From IMG/VR virus record IMGVR_UViG_2882674194_000007, positions 64,001 through 128,000 of that record: a stretch of 64,000 nt of DNA; one strand, written 5' to 3'. Below, in pieces: positions 43,660-53,046 of this stretch (the first letter of the stretch is position 1; each line of letters begins with the position of its first letter). Origin of the DNA: a virus. Taxonomy: Duplodnaviria > Caudoviricetes. The notes below the pieces were generated by a model that saw nothing but the letters and a program-made list of their open reading frames with translations, was not told the origin of the DNA and did no database searches. The translations under genes were made by a program, and so were the position numbers.

Positions 43660-44211
43660 ATGAACAAGAAAACAAATTGGAAGTTACCGTTAATCATTGT
43701 GGCAGGTGTTATTGCTATTATCCTACTTTGTGTATTTGGTGTACAGAGTTCCCAGAACAGGGCGTTTGCTTTGGAGGAACAGGTAAACACAGCACAGTCG
43801 GATATCAAAGTTCAGGAGAAACGAAGAGTAGATTTGGTGTACAACCTTGCAGATTGTGTAAAGCAGTATGACAAACATGAGTCTGAAACTCTTACAGCCA
43901 TTGCAGAGGGGCGTGGATCAGCAGGCGATATTGAAAATGTTACTACAGCAATTACAGCCGTTTCAGAGGCGTATCCTGAGTTGAAGTCAAATGAAAATTA
44001 TAAGCAGCTTATGAATGAACTGGCGATGACTGAAAATCTGATTGCTGAATATAGAAGCAATTATAATAAACAGGTTAAAGAATATAACAGATATGTTCGC
44101 AAGTTTCCAACCAGAATGTTTCTGAATATGCTTGGATATGAAACACAAGATTATACATACCTGGATTATGATGCGCCTGTCGATGCACCACAGAATTTAT
44201 TTGGAGAATAA
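43660..44211 (+). CDS. lemA: LemA family protein
   Basis: N-terminal TM helix; RRVDLVYNL; EAYPELKSNENY; YNKQV..YN. Confidence 0.9.
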   Translation: MNKKTNWKLPLIIVAGVIAIILLCVFGVQSSQNRAFALEEQVNTAQSDIKVQEKRRVDLVYNLADCVKQYDKHESETLTAIAEGRGSAGDIENVTTAITAVSEAYPELKSNENYKQLMNELAMTENLIAEYRSNYNKQVKEYNRYVRKFPTRMFLNMLGYETQDYTYLDYDAPVDAPQNLFGE

Positions 44212-44213
44212 GT

Positions 44214-44984
44214 ATGAGTAGATACAGTTATAGAAAACATGGATTTGATTTTGGAGATTTTGAAATCACCAAGAGAGAAATTTTAGCAAGTATTTCTATT
44301 ATAGCTGTAATGTTATTAATCGGTGTTCTGATTTCTAGTAAGATTTCAGAACACCAGCTAGACGCAAATGAAATCTATAACAAGGCAGTGAAAATAGATA
44401 ATATGGATCTGTTTCAATATGGTATGGACACAAATGTAGGATATGCTTTTGTATATGGTGATTTAATTGCAGTTGATACAGTTACTTATCCTGAAATTGG
44501 TGGAGAATATATGTCTGTTAGAAAAGGAACAGAAGAATATACAAGGCATACTAAAACAGTATATGAATATGATAAAGACGGTAATGTAACTGGTTCACAC
44601 GAAGAAGTGTATTGGACATGGGATGAGATTAGAAGAGATTCTATTGATTGTGAAAAGGTTACATTTTTAGGAATAGAATTTAATTATGGACAGATTTATA
44701 AACCAAGTAAAAGTTATATAAAAACAATCTATGATAATTTTAATAGTGATATCCGTTACGTTTATTATGGAGCAGAAACAAATTATAAAGGTACAATATT
44801 TACAAATTTGAGAGATCATACTATTTCTGACAACACGAAATTTTATAATAATAAAAATATAGAGGAAACAGTTGAAACTTTGCAATCTAGTGGTGGAGTA
44901 ATTATATTTTGGATATTTTGGATTGTATTGATTTGTGGTTGTGTATTTGGATTTTATTACGCAGAGAATAAGTGGTTAGAGTAG
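44214..44984 (+). CDS. Two-TM membrane protein co-transcribed with lemA
   Basis: Hydrophobic segments at the N- and C-termini. Confidence 0.7.
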   Translation: MSRYSYRKHGFDFGDFEITKREILASISIIAVMLLIGVLISSKISEHQLDANEIYNKAVKIDNMDLFQYGMDTNVGYAFVYGDLIAVDTVTYPEIGGEYMSVRKGTEEYTRHTKTVYEYDKDGNVTGSHEEVYWTWDEIRRDSIDCEKVTFLGIEFNYGQIYKPSKSYIKTIYDNFNSDIRYVYYGAETNYKGTIFTNLRDHTISDNTKFYNNKNIEETVETLQSSGGVIIFWIFWIVLICGCVFGFYYAENKWLE

Positions 44985-45032
44985 GTCTTAAAACCAGAGT
45001 TTCATTGGCAAAAATTTGATAGAAAGGACAAT

Positions 45033-45764
45033 ATGTACACAGAAAATAATAAAGGATTTACGATTATAACTAATTTTGGATGCGACAATCATTGTAAATA
45101 TTGTATAACAAGAAGCCATCCAATTTTGCAAAATGCAGTTACGGATAAATCAAAGATAGATTGGGAGTATTTAGAGAAATGTATTTCTGAGTCAGAAGCA
45201 CCAACTATCAATTTATCAGGAGGTGGTGATCCATTTTATGATTGGAGAAATAACATAGATTTTTATAATCGAGTTTATGATTTGGCAGTTAAATATCATA
45301 AAAAGATGGATATACATACAAGAGTTCTTCCAGATGATATAGAACTAATTGCAAAATTCAGAAAAATTGCATTAAGTATAGAGAATAATGATATTGAAGC
45401 AGTTAAAAAGTTGAAATACATGCTGCCGATTATAGAGAAAACAACAATGATAAGAATCATCAATGTCCTTGATGAACGAATGACAAGAGAAAGTTGTATT
45501 CAGTACATAAATCAAATGCACGATATTGGTGTAAAACAAATCACTTTTAGGCAGATGTTTGGTAACAGGAAAGCATATCAGAATTTCTTGAAAATTAAAG
45601 ATACTATCAATATGCCTGGTGTTCTATTTCTTCCTGATGGAGAATATCACAATTACTATTTTACAACTAATAATAAACTTTATCCATATTTCTTTGGTTA
45701 CACAGAAGAAGATAGAAAGGTATGGATGAAAAAATATGAAGACATTGAACAGTATTGTGGTTGA
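45033..45764 (+). CDS. Radical SAM protein
   Basis: CDNHCKYC; SGGGDP. Confidence 0.85.
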   Translation: MYTENNKGFTIITNFGCDNHCKYCITRSHPILQNAVTDKSKIDWEYLEKCISESEAPTINLSGGGDPFYDWRNNIDFYNRVYDLAVKYHKKMDIHTRVLPDDIELIAKFRKIALSIENNDIEAVKKLKYMLPIIEKTTMIRIINVLDERMTRESCIQYINQMHDIGVKQITFRQMFGNRKAYQNFLKIKDTINMPGVLFLPDGEYHNYYFTTNNKLYPYFFGYTEEDRKVWMKKYEDIEQYCG

Positions 45765-46164
45765 TCCGTATTTAGACAATCAAAGATGTATTGATAGGCT
45801 TGTTGAAAATTGGAAGTTACATGATGGAATCATTATTGCTTTTGATTTTGATAATACTGTATTTGATTATTATGGCATGGGTTATCAGTATGATAAGGTT
45901 ATCGAATTATTGAAAGAATGTAAGAGTATGGGTTGTACATTGATACTTAGTACCTGCTGTGATGAGACAAAATTTGCATTTATGAAAAGTAAATGTGAAG
46001 AAAAAGGTATTGAAATTGATTATATCAATGAGTCACCGCCATATATTCCATTCACAGGAAATAAGCTATATTACAATATTTTACTTGATGACAGGGCGGG
46101 TTTGAGTGCTGCATATGAGATTTTATATAAAACGAAAGAGAGGATAAAATTTGAAACATTTTGA
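45736..46164 (+). CDS. HAD-superfamily phosphatase-like protein
   Basis: AFDFDNT; K...LLDDRAG. Confidence 0.75.
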   Translation: MKTLNSIVVDPYLDNQRCIDRLVENWKLHDGIIIAFDFDNTVFDYYGMGYQYDKVIELLKECKSMGCTLILSTCCDETKFAFMKSKCEEKGIEIDYINESPPYIPFTGNKLYYNILLDDRAGLSAAYEILYKTKERIKFETF

Positions 46165-47131
46165 GCTGGTGAAAGAATATACATATCCAAGTGGAAGTGT
46201 GTATGTGTTATATAACAAAGAAAAGAATTTCTACATAGAGACAACATCTATGCAGGATGTAAATACTAAAGGTAAGTCACAAGAAATTATTATGACTGAT
46301 GATGTAGATTTAATAAAGAAAAATCTGGTTCTGTTTGAAGAAAAATGGCTTACAGCAATTAGTACGCAATATGGATGTCCACAACATTGTCAGTTCTGCT
46401 TGGTTCCAGAATTAGGTTTTCATGGGAATCTTACAACAGAAGAAATGTGGGAACAGCTTGAATTCGTATTCAATCAACATAAGGAAGTAACAAAAAGCGA
46501 TAAAATTAAAGTCGGTTTTGCTCGTATGGGAGAACCACAATATAATTGGAAGAATATTTTGCAAGTTATGAGAGATATGAAAACATATAGAGATGGTTTT
46601 ACATTTCTACCATGTTACAATACCATTCTTCCAAAAGTAAAAGTATTTGGTAAGAATCCGGTAGATGTTATAAAAGAAGAAGTAATGTCTGTAAAAGAAT
46701 ATCTTGATGGATTTATGCACATTCAGATTTCTACTAACAGTACAAATGAAGACGAAAGAAAATATCTTTTTGGTGGAGCAGATGTAGTAACCATAGAAGA
46801 GATGAAGCGAGAATTTAATAATATGCCAAATAACAACAGGCTTATTACATTGAATTTCATTTGTGGAGCCGGATGGGAACTTGATCCTGATAAATTATAT
46901 GGCTTAGATCCCAATGTGTTCTGCGTAAAAATTACACCTCTAAACACTACAAACGCTACTAAGGAACATGGTCTTGAAGATGCTATCCAGTGGAATTGGA
47001 ACAATATGAATAAAATCAAAGAGAAAGTTGAAAGTTGTGGTCTGAAGGTGATTGTAGATGTTGCAGCAAAAGCAGAATTGCCGTTATGTTGTGGTAATTT
47101 GGTACAAGACTATAAGAAAAATAGGCAATAA
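46151..47131 (+). CDS. RlmN/Cfr-like radical SAM methyltransferase
   Basis: ISTQYGCPQHCQFC; RMGEP; C-terminal CCGNL (compare RlmN ACGQL). Confidence 0.72.
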   Translation: MKHFELVKEYTYPSGSVYVLYNKEKNFYIETTSMQDVNTKGKSQEIIMTDDVDLIKKNLVLFEEKWLTAISTQYGCPQHCQFCLVPELGFHGNLTTEEMWEQLEFVFNQHKEVTKSDKIKVGFARMGEPQYNWKNILQVMRDMKTYRDGFTFLPCYNTILPKVKVFGKNPVDVIKEEVMSVKEYLDGFMHIQISTNSTNEDERKYLFGGADVVTIEEMKREFNNMPNNNRLITLNFICGAGWELDPDKLYGLDPNVFCVKITPLNTTNATKEHGLEDAIQWNWNNMNKIKEKVESCGLKVIVDVAAKAELPLCCGNLVQDYKKNRQ

Positions 47132-47172
47132 AAGGTTAATTTTATGGTTTTGTAAGAAAGAGAGGAATTAAG

Positions 47173-47733
47173 TTGTCAATTAGAGAAGATATTTTACTAA
47201 ATACAGATAAGAGATTATTTTATATATCTAATGATATTGATAATGAAACAATGGGAAAGATGTGTTTTAATTTGCTTTATTTATTACAGGAAGATGATAA
47301 TAAGGAAGCAAAAGAAAAAGATTTTAAAAGAGAACCAATAAAAATTTATATTAATTCTTATGGTGGAAGCGTTTATGATATGTGGTCGTTAATTGATATA
47401 ATTCTGAATGCAAAATCTCCAATTTATACATATTGCACTGGATACGCTATGAGTGCTGCTTTTCAGATATTTTTAGCTGGTAGTAAGAGATTTGCTACAA
47501 AACATTCCACTTTTATGTATCATCAAATGTCTTGCTGGAGACAGGGAAAATATCAAGATTTAGTAGAGGATAGAGAACAAATGGACTCCTTGCAAAAGAC
47601 TATTGAAGAATATGTTATTGATAGAACAGAGCTAACAAAAGCCGATTTAGATGATATCAGAGAAAGAAAAAAAGATTTCTTCATTAATCCACAAAATGCT
47701 TTAAAGTGGGGAATTATTAATGAGATTTTGTAG
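47173..47733 (+). CDS. ClpP-like protease subunit
   Basis: YINSYGGSV, GYAMSAA (Ser), FMYHQ (His). Confidence 0.88.
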   Translation: MSIREDILLNTDKRLFYISNDIDNETMGKMCFNLLYLLQEDDNKEAKEKDFKREPIKIYINSYGGSVYDMWSLIDIILNAKSPIYTYCTGYAMSAAFQIFLAGSKRFATKHSTFMYHQMSCWRQGKYQDLVEDREQMDSLQKTIEEYVIDRTELTKADLDDIRERKKDFFINPQNALKWGIINEIL

Positions 47734-48375
47734 TTAAAATCTTGGTTTCATTTGATGGGAGATGATAAGTATTAAAATAATATTTTTCTCAATTTTACAT
47801 ATTGCTTGTGTTGTAATTTATAGTCTTAATGCAAAATTAAGTAATAAAAAATCAGGAAAAATTTTATGGACAATTGGTGCATTGTGTTGGGGTGTAAATA
47901 TAATTTGGGATATTGTAAAAATTTATTTAATGATTAATGGATAAGGAGAACTGATATATATGGCATTAACAAAGAAGCAAGAGAAACAAATTAAAAAATC
48001 AATTCAAAAGATATTAGAAGAAGTTAAATTTCAAGGATTGAAGTCTGGTGCTGCTGGTATACTTGGAGCGGTTTTAGAAATGTGCAATAGTGGCAAGTCG
48101 GACGAGGATATTGTTAAGGAAATTAAGGGATTCTGTGAGAAATCGTTGAATATGGATGGGATGAAAACTAATTGAAAAGGAGAACAATATATTGAAAGTA
48201 AAATTTATAGATAATGTAGATATCAGTGGCAAGATCAATATTAATAAAGGTGAAACTTTTGAAGCAAGAGAAGATGGTGATTTCATCATGATTCGCATGA
48301 AAGATGATAGCACAGTTAAAGCACCGAAATCTGAAATCGAAGGAATTTTGGAAATTGTGGAAGGAGAATAAATAA

Positions 48376-48594
48376 TTGGAGTGGATCAAATGTATTTCTG
48401 GTCAAATGCCAGAAGATGATGAAAGATATAAAGGTAAAAAAGTTATTAATGTTATTGCCACCACTAATAAAGGGGTTGTTACGAAGGTACAAAGGATTTT
48501 TAATGATTATGCTAACATTTGGTATTGGGGAAGGATATGTGGAGGTATGAGGGCATGGATGCCGTTGCCTGAGCCATACAAAGAGAAGCATTGA
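48376..48594 (+). CDS. DUF551 family phage protein
   Basis: MEWI...AWMPLPEP. Confidence 0.8.
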   Translation: MEWIKCISGQMPEDDERYKGKKVINVIATTNKGVVTKVQRIFNDYANIWYWGRICGGMRAWMPLPEPYKEKH

Positions 48595-49557
48595 ATGCAC
48601 GATTTCAAGGTTAAAAAAGAGGTGAAAAATATAAATTTATTCAAATTAATTAAAGAATACATAAGTAAAGAAATTAAAGTTTTGGATAAACAACTTGATT
48701 ATTATAATAGACTATCAGAAGAAGAAAAGTATCACATTGAAACAGGTAAAGAATTCAATAAACTAGTTGCAGAATATCCGATTTCACAAGAAGAATTATT
48801 TGATATGAATAAAGTGTTATGTGAATATGTTTTGAGAACACGAAATACTGACATAAAAAAATATTTTTTCATTAATGATGATATGGTAAGACTTCCATTC
48901 ATGCTCAATGGTTTATGTTATGACCAAATCAATATGATTATTTCTGATTTGCTTAGAGAAATGAATATTGATGAAAAAGGTAATAATGTTTTGATTGGTG
49001 GTACTGAGGAATATGAAAATAACTGGAAATATGAAATCGGAGAAAATTATGGTCTTCAAAAGGCAATTAGAATAATTAAAAAGTATTGGAAGGAGAATAT
49101 ATAAATGGATTGTAAATATCCGGTTAAAAGTAGAAGTTATAAAGCGTGTGTATTGTGTTCTGATAAAAATATATGTGAAAATTCAACTATCGTAAATAAT
49201 GCAACAACACTACTGTCTGCAAGTGAAGCGCATAAAAAGACAACAGATAATATTAGAGATTGTTTAACAAAAGAATTATCAGAAATCAGTAAAAGAATCA
49301 GTGATGCTATCGCAAATGGTAAGTTCTATATTAATGGTGATGGCTGCTTACAATATGAAACAACTCAAAGATTAGAAGAACTTGGCTATAAAGTCAAAAC
49401 TGGAAATCAATATAACGAAGATCATTGGAATATTAGTTGGAATAACGGTTGAAACCGAAATTTTATGGAAGAAAATGTTTGCAAAACAGAAAAATAAGTA
49501 ATGAAAGGTAAAGATAATCCTAGGTAAAAAGTAATGTACATTACACTCAGGTAAAGA

Positions 49558-50880
49558 GTGAATCCAATTTTTAATGAATATCTCACATTTTTGCGAGATA
49601 CAAGTGGTAAACAATTATTTGAACTAAAAGAAGGCTACTTTTGGTTAGATAATCAGATTATAAAAGGGTTTGATAAGCAAGGGAATATACATAAGTTCTA
49701 TCGTATTAAAATTTCGGATTTGTTAGTGGTGACAATTGATAAACCCCAAAATGGATACGAAAACATTAAAGATATAGACTTGGCGAGTTGGAATGATTTG
49801 ATTGAGATGAATAAATCTCATTTGGAGAATATAGAAAACGAAGCAAAGCAACTCATCATAGATAAGATGAATAAATTTGATGAATATACACCATTGGTTC
49901 CTGTGAGCATGGGTAAAGATTCGCAAGTTACTTGTCATTTAGTGAGAGAATGTTGTCCAGATACAAAAGCCATTTTCAATAATACAACCCTTGACTGCGC
50001 TGATACATATTCTATGGCTAAGAAATTTCCAAACTGTGAAATGATGACTCCAAAGCAAGGATTTTATCAATATATAAAAGAAGCTCAGATGATACCTACA
50101 AGGTTTTCAAGATTCTGTTGCCGAATTTTTAAGGTTGGAGAAATGGTAAATCAGTTGGATCACAATGCTCTATATTTGATGTTTATGGGTATGAGAAATG
50201 AAGAAAGTAATACCAGAAGTGGATATGGTGATGAATGGGTGAATGAAGCCGAATGGGGAGATACAAAATGGCAAGGAATTTTACCTATTAGAACATGGTC
50301 AGAATTAGATGTGTGGTTATATACATTATGGCGTGGTATTGAGATAAATCCAAAATATAAGAAGGGATATGCGAGAGTTGGTTGCCATATAGCCTGTCCA
50401 TACTACACGAAATCTACATGGGTTCTTGATAAATATTGGTATCCTACCATGAGGACAAGGTGGGAAGACATTTTGAGAGACGATTTTATTAAGAATAAGA
50501 AGTGGATCGTAATAAATTGTACTCTTGAAGAATATCTAAATGTGGCTTGGAATGGTGGTGCTTACAGAGAAGAACCTACTAAGGAAGTTATAGAGGAATT
50601 CGCAAGATATAACGGATTAGATGTAGGAGATACGAAGGTAGCAGCACAGTATTTTAATAAATATTGTTCTAATGGATGTAAATCTAGGTCTGGGAAACTA
50701 AAGAAAATTAAAGACAGAGATACCATTTCTATGAATATGAAATTCCACGGAAGAGAAATTGATAAGTTTTTGTGTAAGAAGTGTTTTATGGAACTTTATA
50801 AGATGGATGAGAATAAGTGGAACTGGTGGATAGAAAGATTTAAGCAAGACAGATGTGCTTTGTTTACAGATATAGAATAG
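49558..50880 (+). CDS. PAPS reductase family (PP-loop) protein
   Basis: SMGKDS; RFCCRIFK; GMRNEES..R; RVGC..CP; single-gene unit between sites 49450 and 50893. Confidence 0.85.
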   Translation: MNPIFNEYLTFLRDTSGKQLFELKEGYFWLDNQIIKGFDKQGNIHKFYRIKISDLLVVTIDKPQNGYENIKDIDLASWNDLIEMNKSHLENIENEAKQLIIDKMNKFDEYTPLVPVSMGKDSQVTCHLVRECCPDTKAIFNNTTLDCADTYSMAKKFPNCEMMTPKQGFYQYIKEAQMIPTRFSRFCCRIFKVGEMVNQLDHNALYLMFMGMRNEESNTRSGYGDEWVNEAEWGDTKWQGILPIRTWSELDVWLYTLWRGIEINPKYKKGYARVGCHIACPYYTKSTWVLDKYWYPTMRTRWEDILRDDFIKNKKWIVINCTLEEYLNVAWNGGAYREEPTKEVIEEFARYNGLDVGDTKVAAQYFNKYCSNGCKSRSGKLKKIKDRDTISMNMKFHGREIDKFLCKKCFMELYKMDENKWNWWIERFKQDRCALFTDIE

Positions 50881-51221
50881 TAAAAATATCAATGAAAGCG
50901 TTCTTTCATTGGGATAAGTTGGAGGTAAATTAGTGTTCAGAAATAAATATATAAAACCATTAACAAAGGGTCAGCTTAGTAAATTACATGGACAAGACAT
51001 AAGAGTACATTTTTTGAGTAATGAGTATACAAGCGATAGAATTTGGAAAGTTAGGTTGGATAAAAACACTGTTGTGATTACAGATAATAAAGGTGATTAC
51101 AGAGCATTTGATAATTATAAAAAACATTATAATGAATCTACAGTAGGATCAGGCGTGTTAGTTTATAGGTTGCCACAAATTCCACATGATATTGAATGGT
51201 AGGAGGTAAAAATAAATTAAA

Positions 51222-51482
51222 ATGAATAGAGATATAGGTGCTAAATTACCACAAACAAATTGTAGAACACCAATGCCACCTGTAAAGGAATTTGGTGAAA
51301 AAATTTGTGAGAATTGTGATAAAGAAGATGTGTGTATGTATAAAGAAGAGTGCATGAAAGCTATAAAGGATATTTTGGATATTGAGAGTAGAACTAATGT
51401 GTTTATTAAAACACATATTGATTGTAAGAAGTGGAGCAAGAAATCATCTGCGGTTAATATGAATGATATTTTATACAGATGA
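51222..51482 (+). CDS. Cys-rich hypothetical protein, paralogue of 39540..39878
   Basis: Shared sequence; stop codon lies in site 51480. Confidence 0.7.
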   Translation: MNRDIGAKLPQTNCRTPMPPVKEFGEKICENCDKEDVCMYKEECMKAIKDILDIESRTNVFIKTHIDCKKWSKKSSAVNMNDILYR

Positions 51483-51803
51483 ATTGTCACTTTCGTTGAA
51501 AAATTTGAGGTATAAAACAATGAGTAAACTATCAAAAAAGGATATAGAAGAATTAAGAGATATTCTTTCTCTTGTATGTGATTACGCAGATACAAAAACA
51601 GTTGTTTATGAGACTGTTGATAAAACACTCCAAGAGTTAGGTTCTGATTTAGGCATAGAATGTATGTTGATAACTGATGGAGAATACGAAGGAAGTATTG
51701 GCTTGGAAGAGTTTGTTGATAAATTTTATTCAAATATAATTGAAAATGTTTTAAATGTTGTTGCTACACAGTGAAATCAAAACAAAAAAGGAGAAAAGAT
51801 ATA

Positions 51804-52172
51804 ATGAGAAAATTAAACACAATTCAGAAGGTAGAGAACTTAAACATCGTAAAGGCAATTGATGAAAGAGGAAGTGGTAATGCAAATCATCTTTATAAAA
51901 TTGAAGCAATTGTTCCTGATGATGAAGATATTCCATTTACACTTATCCAGTTTCAGAATGGAGCTAGAAAAGATCCAGAAGCAATTACAGGAATTATTGA
52001 TACAGATTTGTTAGAGATTGTTCGTGATCGTTTAAAAGGATTCCAGAGTGGTAATTTTGCAACTGAAGATAATGCAGAGGCTTTAAAACATATCGAAATT
52101 GCTCTTATGTATATGAATAAGAGAGTTATGGATCGGTATGAGAGAAATGTTTTAGGAACATATGAGAAGTAA
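51804..52172 (+). CDS. tad1: Tad1 anti-Thoeris/anti-CBASS nucleotide sponge homologue
   Basis: MRKLNTIQK..., IQFQNGARK, DLLEIVRDRL..FQ.G.F, RNVLGT match the clostridial Tad1 sequence as I recall it. Confidence 0.82.
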   Translation: MRKLNTIQKVENLNIVKAIDERGSGNANHLYKIEAIVPDDEDIPFTLIQFQNGARKDPEAITGIIDTDLLEIVRDRLKGFQSGNFATEDNAEALKHIEIALMYMNKRVMDRYERNVLGTYEK

Positions 52173-53046
52173 AAAAGAGATAGATGATAAAATAATGAAA
52201 TATACAAAATCTAATGTAGAAATTACTTGTAGTAATGTTGGTGTAAAAGCTGGTTCGTGGCAATGTGATTTGTGTATATTAAAAAATAATTGTGGTGCTT
52301 TAAAGGAAGTGAAGCGTAAAAATATGTCTTGAAATTCTTATTTTATTGGGTGAGTTTGGAGGTGATATAAAATAGTTTGGAAAGCATTATATATGGCTAT
52401 GCAATATGTTCCTGATGATAAAAAGGAAGAAATAAGAAGAAAAATCTGTGAAAATTGCAAATATAACAATGGAGAAGAACAGTTAGCTTGTTGTTATTGT
52501 CAGGAAGGTAGTTTGTTTGAAGAAAGAGAGAAAAAGAAAATACCTCGTGGTAATAGAAGGAAAGCGCCGATCATTGAGCAGAATGAATCAGATTGTAGTC
52601 CAGAACTTAAATGGGATTGTAAATCTTGTATTTGTAGAGATTGCGAAGATAGATTTGAATGTGATGGAGGCAATACAGTAATGGGATGTGGAATGTGATG
52701 TGATACATAATAGAATTTAAAACAAGCAAAAGAATAGATAAATGGGTAGAAAAACATATAAAACAAAGTTGTGTATCTCGTGCAACAGCAGGTGAACAGT
52801 TTGTATATGAATTTTTACCAAGTGGCATTGTAGAGTGTCAAACAGTCAAATGTATGTGTTGTAATGAAGAATTTACTGATTATGTAGATTGAAAAGAGAA
52901 AAGGAGAAATATACATATGGGATTAACATGTAAACCAGTAGGCAAAATGAGAAGTATCACAAGAAAGTTAGAGAATCAGTTGGCAGAGGAAGCAAAGTTA
53001 CAGAAAGAGAAAAAAGGAAAAGAAAGCAGATAAGAGGTAGGTAGTT

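Larger units (their letters stand above)
173..52345 (+). repeat. Dispersed family of ~41 intergenic 16-bp inverted-repeat sites TRAAW-N6-WTTYA (putative cassette recombination sites)
   Basis: Starts read by eye: 173, 741, 3645, 5800, 7067, 8001, 8783, 10488, 11612, 12389, 12570, 12746, 14268, 14727, 14980, 15588, 20495, 22274, 22368, 22757, 23339, 26206, 26734, 26994, 27690, 29921, 30288, 32611, 36555, 38599, 40295, 42550, 43594, 44989, 47129, 47735, 48592, 49450, 50893, 51480, 52330. Some deviate from the consensus at one or two positions. Weaker candidates: 1127, 1204, 4347, 9329, 27329. Nearly all are at or just after a stop codon. Confidence 0.85.

Noticed and set aside
50893-50906. CcpA cre-like TGAAAGCGTTC
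   Set aside because: The 3' half does not fit cre (needs ...WCA at position 14); it fits the 16-bp family, whose other members lack the central CG.
173-52345. Reading the dispersed sites as CRISPR repeats, integron attC, dif/pdif or parS
   Set aside because: They are separated by whole genes, lack the RYYYAAC/GTTRRRY ends and long hairpins of attC, and do not match the dif or parS (TGTTNCACGTGAAACA) consensus.
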